A DNA stretch of 64,000 nt. It comes from Paludisphaera mucosa. GTDB lineage: Bacteria > Planctomycetota > Planctomycetia > Isosphaerales > Isosphaeraceae. Under the pieces are notes generated by a model, which was given only the letters and a program-made list of their open reading frames with translations, made no database searches and was not told the origin of the DNA. Numbering within the stretch: position 1 is the first letter of the stretch; each line of letters starts with the position of its first letter. A program made the position numbers and the translations under genes. Of this stretch, positions 36,758 through 45,218 are shown piece by piece. The stretch spans positions 236,808 to 300,807 of the forward strand of contig NZ_JARRAG010000001.1 of assembly GCF_029589435.1 (NCBI RefSeq). Reading direction: 5' to 3'.

Positions 36758-37771
36758 TCAGGAGCGCGCCGCCTGCCACAGGGCGTCCAGATATCTCTGC
36801 GTCTGGATCGCGGCCTCGGCGTAGGCGGCCCGTCGCGCGAGGTCCCCGGACGCGGCGATCTCGGCGAAGTGGTCGACCATCAGCACCTCCTGCGCGAAGG
36901 CCGTCGGGGTCGGGATGAACGTCACGTCCTTCCGGGTCGCCGGCCCCGTGCGGAAGGTGTAGCCGACCGGGAGGTCGGGATTCTTGTAAGCGAAGCTGTC
37001 GGCCCAGTCCAGCACGAAATCGTCCATGCCGATCACGCCGGCGGTCCCGAAGAGCGAGAGGTCCATGGCTACCGTGCCCGCGGTGTAGCCGACGTCGAAC
37101 GTCGAGGCCTCGCCCCCCTCGAAGGCGATCAGGCCCGAAGCCCGCACCACGGCCCCGTTCTCGGGGTCGCGTTCCAGGACGGCCGCGGCCTTCGCGACCC
37201 GGCCCGCGGGCGCGAGGTACTCGACCACCGCCCGCATCGAATACCACCCCAGGTCGCCGAGCGCGCCCGTCGGCTCCTGATTCACGTCGAGCCGGATGTT
37301 GCCGCGATCCGGCGACGGAATATAGAACGCCGTGTGGAGCGACCGGGGCGTGCCGAGTTCCTTCGAAGCCTTTACGGCGGCCGTGCGCGGGTGGTGGACG
37401 AAGTGGGTGGCGTCCAGGAACGCGAGCCCCGCGTTCGCGGCGGCCTTCGACATCCGCGCGACCGAGGCGACGTCGGCGAACGGCTTGTCCACCAGGACGT
37501 GCTTGCCGGCCGCGATCGCCGCGAGGGCGATCGGCTCCTTCGCCGTGGTCGGGGCGGCGACGTACACGGCCTCCACGTCGTCGCGGCCGAGCAGGGCCTC
37601 GACCCCCTCGACCGCGACGGCCCCCGGCCGGCCCGCGACGAAGCCCGTCGCGTTGGCGAGGCGTCGGCTCGACACGGCCGCGAGCCGGGCCTCCCGCGAT
37701 CGCGCGATCGCGTCGGCGACCACGCCGGCGATCAGGCCCGTCCCCACGATGCCGAATCCGAGTCGTGCCAT
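36758..37771 (-). CDS. Gfo/Idh/MocA-family oxidoreductase
   Basis: N-terminal Rossmann fold GFGIVGTGLIAG with VYVAAPTTAKEPIALAAIAAGKHVLVDKP. Confidence 0.85.
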   Translation of the reverse strand: MARLGFGIVGTGLIAGVVADAIARSREARLAAVSSRRLANATGFVAGRPGAVAVEGVEALLGRDDVEAVYVAAPTTAKEPIALAAIAAGKHVLVDKPFADVASVARMSKAAANAGLAFLDATHFVHHPRTAAVKASKELGTPRSLHTAFYIPSPDRGNIRLDVNQEPTGALGDLGWYSMRAVVEYLAPAGRVAKAAAVLERDPENGAVVRASGLIAFEGGEASTFDVGYTAGTVAMDLSLFGTAGVIGMDDFVLDWADSFAYKNPDLPVGYTFRTGPATRKDVTFIPTPTAFAQEVLMVDHFAEIAASGDLARRAAYAEAAIQTQRYLDALWQAARS

Positions 37772-38040
37772 TTCCGAGGCTCCTCAACCAGGACGACGAA
37801 GCGACCGGCCCGATTGTAAATGCGTCGGGGCCGCCCGGCCACGGAGTGTCGCATGCCCGCCGCGACCGGGGGGGCGGCCTGACGACTCGGTCGCGGACTT
37901 CGAAGCGACGGTTTTCGGGCGGAGAAAACTTGCCGCCGCCCGGGGCTTCGGATGATGATGGTCGGTCCCTCTCCCCGTCGCTTCGACCGACGAGAACGAA
38001 CCGCCGACGTCCTTCCCGCCGATCTCGAAACGAGGTGAAC

Positions 38041-39414
38041 ATGCTCAGCCTGCCGACGCGACTCGGGATGATCGCCTGTCTCTGGCTGGGGACGCAGTCC
38101 GGCGCGGCCGAGGCCCAGGATTCCGGCGCCCCGAAGGAGGTCCGCTACAAGGAGAGTCTCGCCCCTCTCGCGAATCCGGAGCGCGGCTTCTACGCGCCCC
38201 GGATGAGCCACCGGATGGACGGACTGGAGGGGTTGCGGGCGCGGGGCGTCACGCTGCTCCTCGTCGAGATGGACCTGCGCGATTTCAAGGATCGCGAGAT
38301 CAGCCCGGAGAAGCTCGACGAGCTGCATCGCGCCTTCGTCAGGGCCCGGGAGAACGGGCTGAAGGTGGTCTTCCGGGCCGCGTACGGCTTCACCGGGCGG
38401 GACTACCGGGCCGACCCCAAGGACATCGGGCGGATCCAGGGCCACATCAAACAGCTCGGGGCGGTGTTCGCGGCCGATCGCGACGTGCTCTTCGCGGTCC
38501 AGGCGGGGATGCTCGGGCCCTGGGGCGAATGGCACGGGTCGAACCACGGCGACCCCCCGTCTTTGGAGGCGCGTCGCGCGGTGCTCTTCGGCCTGCTCGA
38601 AGCGGCGCCGGCTCCGATCCCGGTGCAGGTCCGCCGCCCCATGTTCGTCCGCGACCTGTTCGCCGGCGAGCCCGAGCTGACGGCCGAGACCGCCGCGAAA
38701 GGCGGCCCGCTCGCGCGGACCGGCTGGCACGACGACGCGCTGCTGAGCCTGCCGACCGACATGGGGACCTACGCGGAGCGGGGCTGGGATCGGGAACGTG
38801 AGTTGCGCTGGTGCGAGAACCACGGCAGATACACGCCCTTCGGCGGCGAGACGGTCCCCCCCTCGGCCAAGACGCCGATCGAGCAGGTGGTCCGCGAGCT
38901 GGAGCAGCTCCACGCGACCTATCTGAACAGCGCCTATCACCGGGGGACGATCGACGGCTGGCGCAAGGCCGAACACCGCGGCGAGAACGCCTACGCCCAC
39001 ATCGAGCGCCGTCTCGGCTACCGGCTGGTCGCGGACAAGCTCCGCCACCCGGCGACGGTCGCGCCGGGCGGGACCCTGCGCATCGAGCTGGAGCTGAGGA
39101 ACGTCGGCTTCGCGGCCCCCACGCTGCCTCGCGAGGTGGCGGTCGTGCTGAGCCGGGGCGACGTTCGATGCCGGGCCGTCGCCGACGCGGACCCCCGGCG
39201 CTGGGGGCCGGAAGGGCCGATCCGCGTGAGCGTCGACTTGCCCATTCCGACGGACGCCCCGCGCGGCCCCTGGACGCTCTCGCTGCACCTCGCGGACCCC
39301 TCGCCGAGCCTGCGGGACGACGGGCGTTTCGCCGTCCGGCTGGCCAACGACGACGTCCGCTTCATCGACTCGTCCGGCTGGAACGTCCTCGCCGAGGACG
39401 TGGAAGTCCGCTGA
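38041..39414 (+). CDS. secreted DUF4832/DUF4874-like putative glycoside hydrolase
   Basis: Signal peptide MLSLPTRLGMIACLWLGTQSGAAEA. TIM-barrel-like GH composition with a GPWGEWH motif. Confidence 0.55.
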   Translation: MLSLPTRLGMIACLWLGTQSGAAEAQDSGAPKEVRYKESLAPLANPERGFYAPRMSHRMDGLEGLRARGVTLLLVEMDLRDFKDREISPEKLDELHRAFVRARENGLKVVFRAAYGFTGRDYRADPKDIGRIQGHIKQLGAVFAADRDVLFAVQAGMLGPWGEWHGSNHGDPPSLEARRAVLFGLLEAAPAPIPVQVRRPMFVRDLFAGEPELTAETAAKGGPLARTGWHDDALLSLPTDMGTYAERGWDRERELRWCENHGRYTPFGGETVPPSAKTPIEQVVRELEQLHATYLNSAYHRGTIDGWRKAEHRGENAYAHIERRLGYRLVADKLRHPATVAPGGTLRIELELRNVGFAAPTLPREVAVVLSRGDVRCRAVADADPRRWGPEGPIRVSVDLPIPTDAPRGPWTLSLHLADPSPSLRDDGRFAVRLANDDVRFIDSSGWNVLAEDVEVR

Positions 39415-39624
39415 GAGACGTCGGAAGCGCGGCTGATCGTCACGGAAGTTGGGACCGGGGGCGCCGGATTCGTCGCTATGTGTTCCTATCGAGCCGCCGC
39501 GTCCGGCCCGCCGATCCGACGTCCAGGAGTGTCGACAAGGCCCCCCGGCCGCGATAGCCTTTTGAGAGATCCAATCTCGGGGCTCGGCACGGATAACCGA
39601 CATCTAGGGAAAGAGGAGACGAAG

Positions 39625-40716
39625 ATGCTGAGAGCCATCCGCTCTGCTGCGGCCTCGCTGGCCGCGCTCGGGATCGGCGCCGGGGCCGCCCTGGCGGGCG
39701 ACCTGACCGACGGACTCAAGGCGGGCGCGCCCGAGGTCCAGTCGGCCGGCGCGCTGGCGTTCGGGCCCGACGGGGTCCTGTTCGCGGCCGACCAGGCCGG
39801 CGGGGCCCTGTTCGCCCTCGACACCGGCGACCGCGGCCCGTCGGGCGCGAAGCCGGCCCCGGTCGCCGTCGAGGGGATCGACGCCAAGGTCGCCGGGCTG
39901 CTCGGGACCACGCCGGATCAGATCCTGATCCGGGACATGGCCGTGAACCCGGCGTCGGGCAAGGCGTACCTGTCGGTCGCCCGCGGCCGAGGCCCGGACG
40001 CCCCGACGGCGATCGTCCGCGTGGACGCGAAGGGCGACGTCCAGGAGTTCGCGCTCAAGGACGTGAAGTTCGGGCGGGTCGAGCTGCCCGGCCTCGCCAC
40101 GGGGCGGGGACGTCAGGACGCGATCACCGACCTCGCCTACGTCGACGGCCGCGTCTTCATCGCCGGCCTGTCGAACGAGGAGTTCTCGTCGAGCCTCCGC
40201 GCCGTCCCCTTCCCGTTCGCCGGCACCGGCCAGCAGGGCGCTCAGGTCGAGATCTACCACGGCGCGCACGGCCGGTTCGAGACGACCTCGCCGGTCCGGA
40301 CGTTCGTCCCCTACGAGATCAAGGGCCAGCCCTACATCCTGGCGGCCTACACCTGCACCCCGCTCGTCAAATTCCCCGTCGCCGACCTGCAGCCCGGCGC
40401 GCGGGTGAAGGGGACGACCATCGCCGAGCTGGGCAACCGCAACAAGCCCCTCGACATGATCGTCTATCAGAAAGACGGACATGAATACTTCCTGATGGCC
40501 AACAGCAGCCGGGGCGTGATGAAGATCGCCGCCGCCGGCGCCGGCGCGCAGGAAGGCATCATCAAGCGCGTCAGCGACAAGGCGGGGCTCTCGTACGAGA
40601 CCATCGACGAGCTGAAGGGCGTCGAGCAGCTCGACAAGCTCGGCGCCGAGAACGCCCTCGTCCTCGCCCGCGGCGAGGGCGGCCGCCTCGACCTCAAGAC
40701 GGTGGCCCTGCCTTGA
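39625..40716 (+). CDS. hypothetical secreted protein
   Basis: GAGGAG RBS 8 nt upstream of the ATG. Signal peptide MLRAIRSAAASLAALGIGAGAALAG. Balanced composition. Confidence 0.65.
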   Translation: MLRAIRSAAASLAALGIGAGAALAGDLTDGLKAGAPEVQSAGALAFGPDGVLFAADQAGGALFALDTGDRGPSGAKPAPVAVEGIDAKVAGLLGTTPDQILIRDMAVNPASGKAYLSVARGRGPDAPTAIVRVDAKGDVQEFALKDVKFGRVELPGLATGRGRQDAITDLAYVDGRVFIAGLSNEEFSSSLRAVPFPFAGTGQQGAQVEIYHGAHGRFETTSPVRTFVPYEIKGQPYILAAYTCTPLVKFPVADLQPGARVKGTTIAELGNRNKPLDMIVYQKDGHEYFLMANSSRGVMKIAAAGAGAQEGIIKRVSDKAGLSYETIDELKGVEQLDKLGAENALVLARGEGGRLDLKTVALP

Positions 40717-40744
40717 TTCGAGTCCGTCGCCGGGGCCCGGCCTC

Positions 40745-41941
40745 ATGAAAGCGATGACCCGGGCCCGGACCTTCCTGCTGTCGACCATGCCGGCGGCCTT
40801 GGCGTTCGCCCTGCCGCCGGCCCTGATTTCGGCTGCGCCGTCGGGGCTCGAAGGCGGCCCGACGGTGGCCCTCCGGCCGCTGGGGGACAAGGCCGTCGTC
40901 CACGTCGAAGGCCTGGACCCGGCGGACCTCCGCCGCCTCGCGGAGGTCGACTGGGACGTCCGCCGCTGGACGGCGCTCCTGTCGGTCTCGGTCGAAGGGC
41001 AGGGGCCCGGCCAGCCGTCAGCCCTGGGCTCGTACCGGGTCGAGGCCGGCGTCCTGCGGTTCGAGCCCCGCTTCCCCTTCGTCCCCGGCCTGCGCTACCG
41101 CGCGGTGTTCCATCCCGGCCGGCTGCCGGGCCGCGAAGACGACGGTCCGGCCGTCACGGCCGAGTTCGCCCTGCCCAGGCCCGCGGCCGTCGACCCTACG
41201 GTGGTGCGGCAAATCTATCCGAGCCGATCGACCCTGCCCGAGAACCTGCTCAAGTTCTACCTGCATTTCAGCGCCCCGATGAGCCAGGGGGACGTCTACG
41301 ACTTCATCCACCTCCTCGACGCCGACGGCCAGGAGATCGAGGGGGCCTTCCTGAAGCTCGACGAGGAGCTGTGGGACCGCGAGGGGCTCCGCCTGACATT
41401 GCTCGTCGACCCCGGCCGCATCAAGCGCGACGTCGGGCCTCGCGAGGGGTTCGGGCCCGTGCTGGAGGCCGGCAAGGCCTATACGCTCGCGATCGACGCC
41501 CGGTGGCCCGACGCCGAAGGCCGGCCGCTCGACGGGCCGTACCGCAAGGCCTTCCGCACGACGGCCGCCGACGTCGACTGCCCCGACGTCCAGGCGTGGC
41601 GCATCCTCCCGCCCGCCGCCGGCTCGGTCGCGCCCCTGGTCGTCGAATCGCCCGAGCCGCTCGATCAGGCCCTGTTCAACCGCCTCCTCGTCGTGCAGGG
41701 GCCCGACGGCCGCGACCTACCCGGCCGCGCGGCCGTCACCGACGAGGAGAGGCGCTGGTCGTTCACCCCCGAACGTCCCTGGCGGGTCGGCGCCCATCAG
41801 CTCGCGATCGACGCGGCCCTCGAGGACCTCGCCGGCAACAACCTCCGCCGCCCCTTCGAGCTGGACGTGTTCGAGCCCGTCGGCCGCCGGATCGAGGCCC
41901 GCGTCATCCACCGCCCTTTCGAGGTCCGGTCGGGACCTTGA
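40745..41941 (+). CDS. hypothetical secreted protein
   Basis: Signal peptide MKAMTRARTFLLSTMPAALAFALPPALISAAPSG. 398 aa with balanced composition. Confidence 0.65.
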   Translation: MKAMTRARTFLLSTMPAALAFALPPALISAAPSGLEGGPTVALRPLGDKAVVHVEGLDPADLRRLAEVDWDVRRWTALLSVSVEGQGPGQPSALGSYRVEAGVLRFEPRFPFVPGLRYRAVFHPGRLPGREDDGPAVTAEFALPRPAAVDPTVVRQIYPSRSTLPENLLKFYLHFSAPMSQGDVYDFIHLLDADGQEIEGAFLKLDEELWDREGLRLTLLVDPGRIKRDVGPREGFGPVLEAGKAYTLAIDARWPDAEGRPLDGPYRKAFRTTAADVDCPDVQAWRILPPAAGSVAPLVVESPEPLDQALFNRLLVVQGPDGRDLPGRAAVTDEERRWSFTPERPWRVGAHQLAIDAALEDLAGNNLRRPFELDVFEPVGRRIEARVIHRPFEVRSGP

Positions 41942-42971
41942 CCCGCCCCTCCCTCGTGGCGAGGAGGGCCTGGAGGGCCCATCCGGTGGTCGAAAGGCGC
42001 TGGGCGTAGCTCTCGCCGTCGGGCGGCCGGGTCGTCTCGGGCCAGCTGCCGTCGGGACGCTGGGCGGCGATGAGGAAGGCGCGGCCGCGGCCGATGAGCT
42101 TCGCACGCTCGGGGAAGTCGTCGCAACGGGCGAGGGCGATCAGAACGACCGCGGCGTCGAACGGCTCGGCCGGCGCGTTGCGGAACGGGCCCCAACCGCC
42201 GCGGGACGACTCGCTCTTGAGGATCAGGTCGAGGCAACGCCGGCGCTGGGCCATCGCATCAGGGTCGTCGGCGTCGCCCAGGCCGATCAGGACGGCGGCC
42301 GCGTCGAGGACGTTCTCGGCCGGGATGCGTCGGAGCCAGCGGTCGGCCCGGTCGACGGCGGCGGCGAACCCCTTCGGATCGGCCGCGCGGAGGGATCGGC
42401 GGGCCATGACCGTCGCCAGGACAGGCCCATACGTGGCGGGCGAGCCGACGTTTCCCTGGGCGTCCACCCGCCACGACCCGTCGCCGCCCTGATCGCCGGC
42501 CACCAACTCGGCCGCGCGCACCAGCGCCGGCCGGGACTGCGAGCGCCCCGCGTCGATCGCGTCCGCCAGCGCCGCCGCGAACTGGATCCGCGCCAGCCCC
42601 ATGTCGCTGAACGGCCGCTCGCCCCCGTCGTGCTCCCAGCCCTCGGGCCGCTCCAGCCAGCGGGTCGTCCCGGCGAGCGCCGCGTCCGGGACCGATTCTC
42701 CGAGCCCGACGGCCTGGTAGAGCGCGCGGGCAGCGTCGCCGTTGTTGTGGCAGGAGAAACATCGGTTCTCGACCGGCCAGCGCGGGACCTCGCGACCCAG
42801 ATAGGCGATCGCGCGGGCCTCCGGCGCGGACGCCCCGCCGTCCTCGGCGGAACACGGTGTCGAGCCGAGTAGGATTAATGAAAATGTGACATGAAAACAT
42901 AACAAGGCGAATCGTCCTTCTCCCCTCCGTGGGAGAAGGTGGACCGGAGGGCCGGATGAGGGGGATCCCAT
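41904..42971 (-). CDS. c-type cytochrome (CXXCH) fused to prenyltransferase/squalene-oxidase-like repeat domain
   Basis: Heme motif NRCFSCHNNGD. Repeated DGSW/GGWG alpha-alpha toroid motifs are present. The proposed start MGSPSS is encoded inside a REP-like repeat, and the signal-peptide core FALLCFHVTFSLILLG is encoded by an anomalously AT-rich patch. Start position is uncertain. Confidence 0.55.
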   Translation of the reverse strand: MGSPSSGPPVHLLPRRGEGRFALLCFHVTFSLILLGSTPCSAEDGGASAPEARAIAYLGREVPRWPVENRCFSCHNNGDAARALYQAVGLGESVPDAALAGTTRWLERPEGWEHDGGERPFSDMGLARIQFAAALADAIDAGRSQSRPALVRAAELVAGDQGGDGSWRVDAQGNVGSPATYGPVLATVMARRSLRAADPKGFAAAVDRADRWLRRIPAENVLDAAAVLIGLGDADDPDAMAQRRRCLDLILKSESSRGGWGPFRNAPAEPFDAAVVLIALARCDDFPERAKLIGRGRAFLIAAQRPDGSWPETTRPPDGESYAQRLSTTGWALQALLATREGRVKVPTGPRKGGG

Positions 42972-42975
42972 AGTC
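42915..42975. repeat. REP-like double-hairpin repeat unit (copy 3)
   Basis: Sequence ccttctcccctccgtgggagaagg followed by tggaccggagggccggatgagggggat. Confidence 0.5.
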
Positions 42976-43034
42976 GGGGCCTCGGACTTCAAGGCCGGCG
43001 CGGCGTTGTGAAATGCGAGAGGCCGGCGTCGGTT

Positions 43035-43095
43035 GACGAGCCCCTTATCCGGCCTTCGGCCACCTTCTCCCACGAAGGGGAGAAGGACGATGTGC
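43035..43095. repeat. REP-like double-hairpin repeat unit (copy 4, inverted relative to copy 3)
   Basis: Sequence ccccttatccggccttcggccacc followed by ttctcccacgaaggggagaagg, the reverse complement of the copy-1 and copy-3 architecture. It forms an inverted pair with copy 3 about 60 bp away. Confidence 0.5.
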
Positions 43096-43122
43096 ATCGC
43101 CCCGTTCGGATGGTTTCGACCT

Positions 43123-43935
43123 TCACGGCCGGACCCCGCGCACCAGGAATCCGGTGTACGAGCTGAAGAAGCGGCCCTCGCGGTCGGCGGCGCGCAGGCC
43201 TTCCGACCAGGATCGCGCTTCCTCGGGTCCGAGAGTCCCGGCCTCCGCGAGACGGTCGACGGTCGCGAAGAAGCAGTAGAGGCGGTCGGCCACGTCCAGC
43301 TCGCGGAAGACCAGGGTTCTCGGCGAGGCGACGACGTCGCGGAGGCCGGCCTGGAGGAACAGCGGGACCATGCGGCGGCCGATCCAGCCCGAGGGAAAGC
43401 GGTCGCACCAGGCGTTCAGCACCGTGCGCGTCGCCGCGCGATCGGGCGAGTCGACGGTCAGCGTCTCCCAGTCGTTGTCGTACGCGACCAGCGACCCCCC
43501 GGGCCGCAGCACGCGGGCCATCTCGCGGATCACCGGGGCCGGATCGGCGATGTGCTGCAAGACGCGGTCGATCCGGCAGGCGTCGAAGCTCGCGTCGTCG
43601 AACGGCAGGGCCGCGGCGTCGGCGACCTCGAACGACAGGCCCTCGACCGCGCCATGCCGCTTGCGGGCCGCCTCGATCATCCCCCGGCTGCCGTCGACGC
43701 CGACGACCGCGCCGTCCGGGGCGACGAGTTTCGCCAGCGCCGCGGCGTCCTCGCCGAGCCCGCAGCCGACGTCCAGCACCCGACGTCCCGGCCCGGCGCC
43801 GAGAAGCTCGTAGCTCGCGCGCTTGCACTCGGCGAAGAAGGGGATCGACTCGACGAGGTCCAGGCACCTCGAATACACCGCGAAATCCGCGGCGCCGTCC
43901 ACGTCCCGAAAGCCCGAGGCCAGGTCGTCGCTCAT
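43123..43935 (-). CDS. class I SAM-dependent methyltransferase (Methyltransf_11-like)
   Basis: Contains VLDVGCGLGED and LRPGGSLVAYD. Starts MSDDLASGF (reverse complement of 43933-43935). Confidence 0.8.
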   Translation of the reverse strand: MSDDLASGFRDVDGAADFAVYSRCLDLVESIPFFAECKRASYELLGAGPGRRVLDVGCGLGEDAAALAKLVAPDGAVVGVDGSRGMIEAARKRHGAVEGLSFEVADAAALPFDDASFDACRIDRVLQHIADPAPVIREMARVLRPGGSLVAYDNDWETLTVDSPDRAATRTVLNAWCDRFPSGWIGRRMVPLFLQAGLRDVVASPRTLVFRELDVADRLYCFFATVDRLAEAGTLGPEEARSWSEGLRAADREGRFFSSYTGFLVRGVRP

Positions 43936-44212
43936 CGATGCCGCTCCGCGATCGGATGTCCCGGCGGCCCGGCCGCCGACTTCTCCCAATGCTACAGCCG
44001 CGGGGACGTCGCCGCCACGGAGCCGCGCGGGCGGCTTGCAGGAAGGCCTCGTGATCATCAACACGCATGTCGATCCTGGAGAGACCTGGGCCGTCCCGAA
44101 GAAATGGCCCCGATCTTCCGTTTTGACTGTACGCATGTTGACTTCCTGCCGATAAATCGTTCCAATCCCCGAAGCTGGGAATTCTTCGGGGCGGATGTGG
44201 AGGAGAGCGAAC

Positions 44213-44695
44213 ATGAGCAAGATGATCACCTGCCTGTGGTTCGATCACGGCCAGGCCCGCGTGGCGGCCGAATTCTACGCGAGCGTGTTCCCCGACAGCC
44301 ACGTCGGGGAAGCTCTCGCCTCCGCCGTGGACAATCCGTCCGTGAAGGAGGGCGAGGAACTCGTCGTCGAGTTCACCGTCCTGGGCCAGGCTTACATCGG
44401 CCTGAACGGCGGGCCGAATTTCAAGCCGAACGAGGCGGTCAGCTTCATGGTCCTCACGGAGGACCAGGAGGCGACCGACCGTTACTGGGACGCCCTCGTC
44501 GGCGGCGGCGAGGAGAGCGCCTGCGGCTGGTGCAAGGATCGCTGGGGCTTCTCCTGGCAGATCACCCCGCGCGTGCTGCTCGAAGCCGTGGCCGACCCGG
44601 ATCGGGCCGCCGCGAAGCGGGCGATGGAAGCGATGATGACCATGGGGAAGATCGACATCGCGGCGATCGAGGCCGCTCGCCGAGGCGAGGGTTGA
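44213..44695 (+). CDS. VOC-family (PhnB/glyoxalase-like) protein
   Basis: MSKMITCLWFDHGQARVAAEFYASVFPDSHV...CGWCKDRWGFSWQI matches the PhnB-like 3-demethylubiquinone-9 3-methyltransferase fold family. Confidence 0.8.
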   Translation: MSKMITCLWFDHGQARVAAEFYASVFPDSHVGEALASAVDNPSVKEGEELVVEFTVLGQAYIGLNGGPNFKPNEAVSFMVLTEDQEATDRYWDALVGGGEESACGWCKDRWGFSWQITPRVLLEAVADPDRAAAKRAMEAMMTMGKIDIAAIEAARRGEG

Positions 44696-44787
44696 CCGGG
44701 AGGATCTCCGACTCCGATTCCTCACGTCACGGCCGGGATCATGCGATACCACGGCCAATTTCGACACGGACCTACCAGGTGCAATCC

Positions 44788-45177
44788 ATGATGACGACGG
44801 ATACGATCCCCAAATGGCAGCGGGCGACCGGTTGGGCGTTGTCGGGCGTCCTCGCCCTCGTGTTCCTGCCCAGCGCCTTCTTCAAGATCGCCCAGCCCAA
44901 AGGCTTCATCGAGGAGTGGTCCAAGACCTACCCCGCCGCCTCCGGGCTGCCGCTCGGGATCATCGAGCTGGCGCTGTTCGTCCTCTACCTCGTCCCGAAG
45001 ACCCGCTACCTGGGCGGACTCCTCATGCTCGCCTACCTCGGCGGGGCGGTGGCGACGCACGTCCACGCCAACGACGGGATGTTCTTCGTGCCGGTCGTCG
45101 TCGGCGTCGTCGCGTGGCTCGGGCTGTATCTGCGCGACCGCAAGCTCCGCGCCCTCGTGCCGGTCGTCGTCGAGTGA
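44788..45177 (+). CDS. DoxX-like small membrane protein (129 aa)
   Basis: Product is MMTTDTIPKWQRATGWALSGVLALVFLPSAFFKIAQPKGFIEEW... with three or four TM segments. Confidence 0.65.
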   Translation: MMTTDTIPKWQRATGWALSGVLALVFLPSAFFKIAQPKGFIEEWSKTYPAASGLPLGIIELALFVLYLVPKTRYLGGLLMLAYLGGAVATHVHANDGMFFVPVVVGVVAWLGLYLRDRKLRALVPVVVE

Positions 45178-45218
45178 TCACGAGGTGATTCTCGCCCGGC
45201 CGTCGCGGGCCCTCGGGA

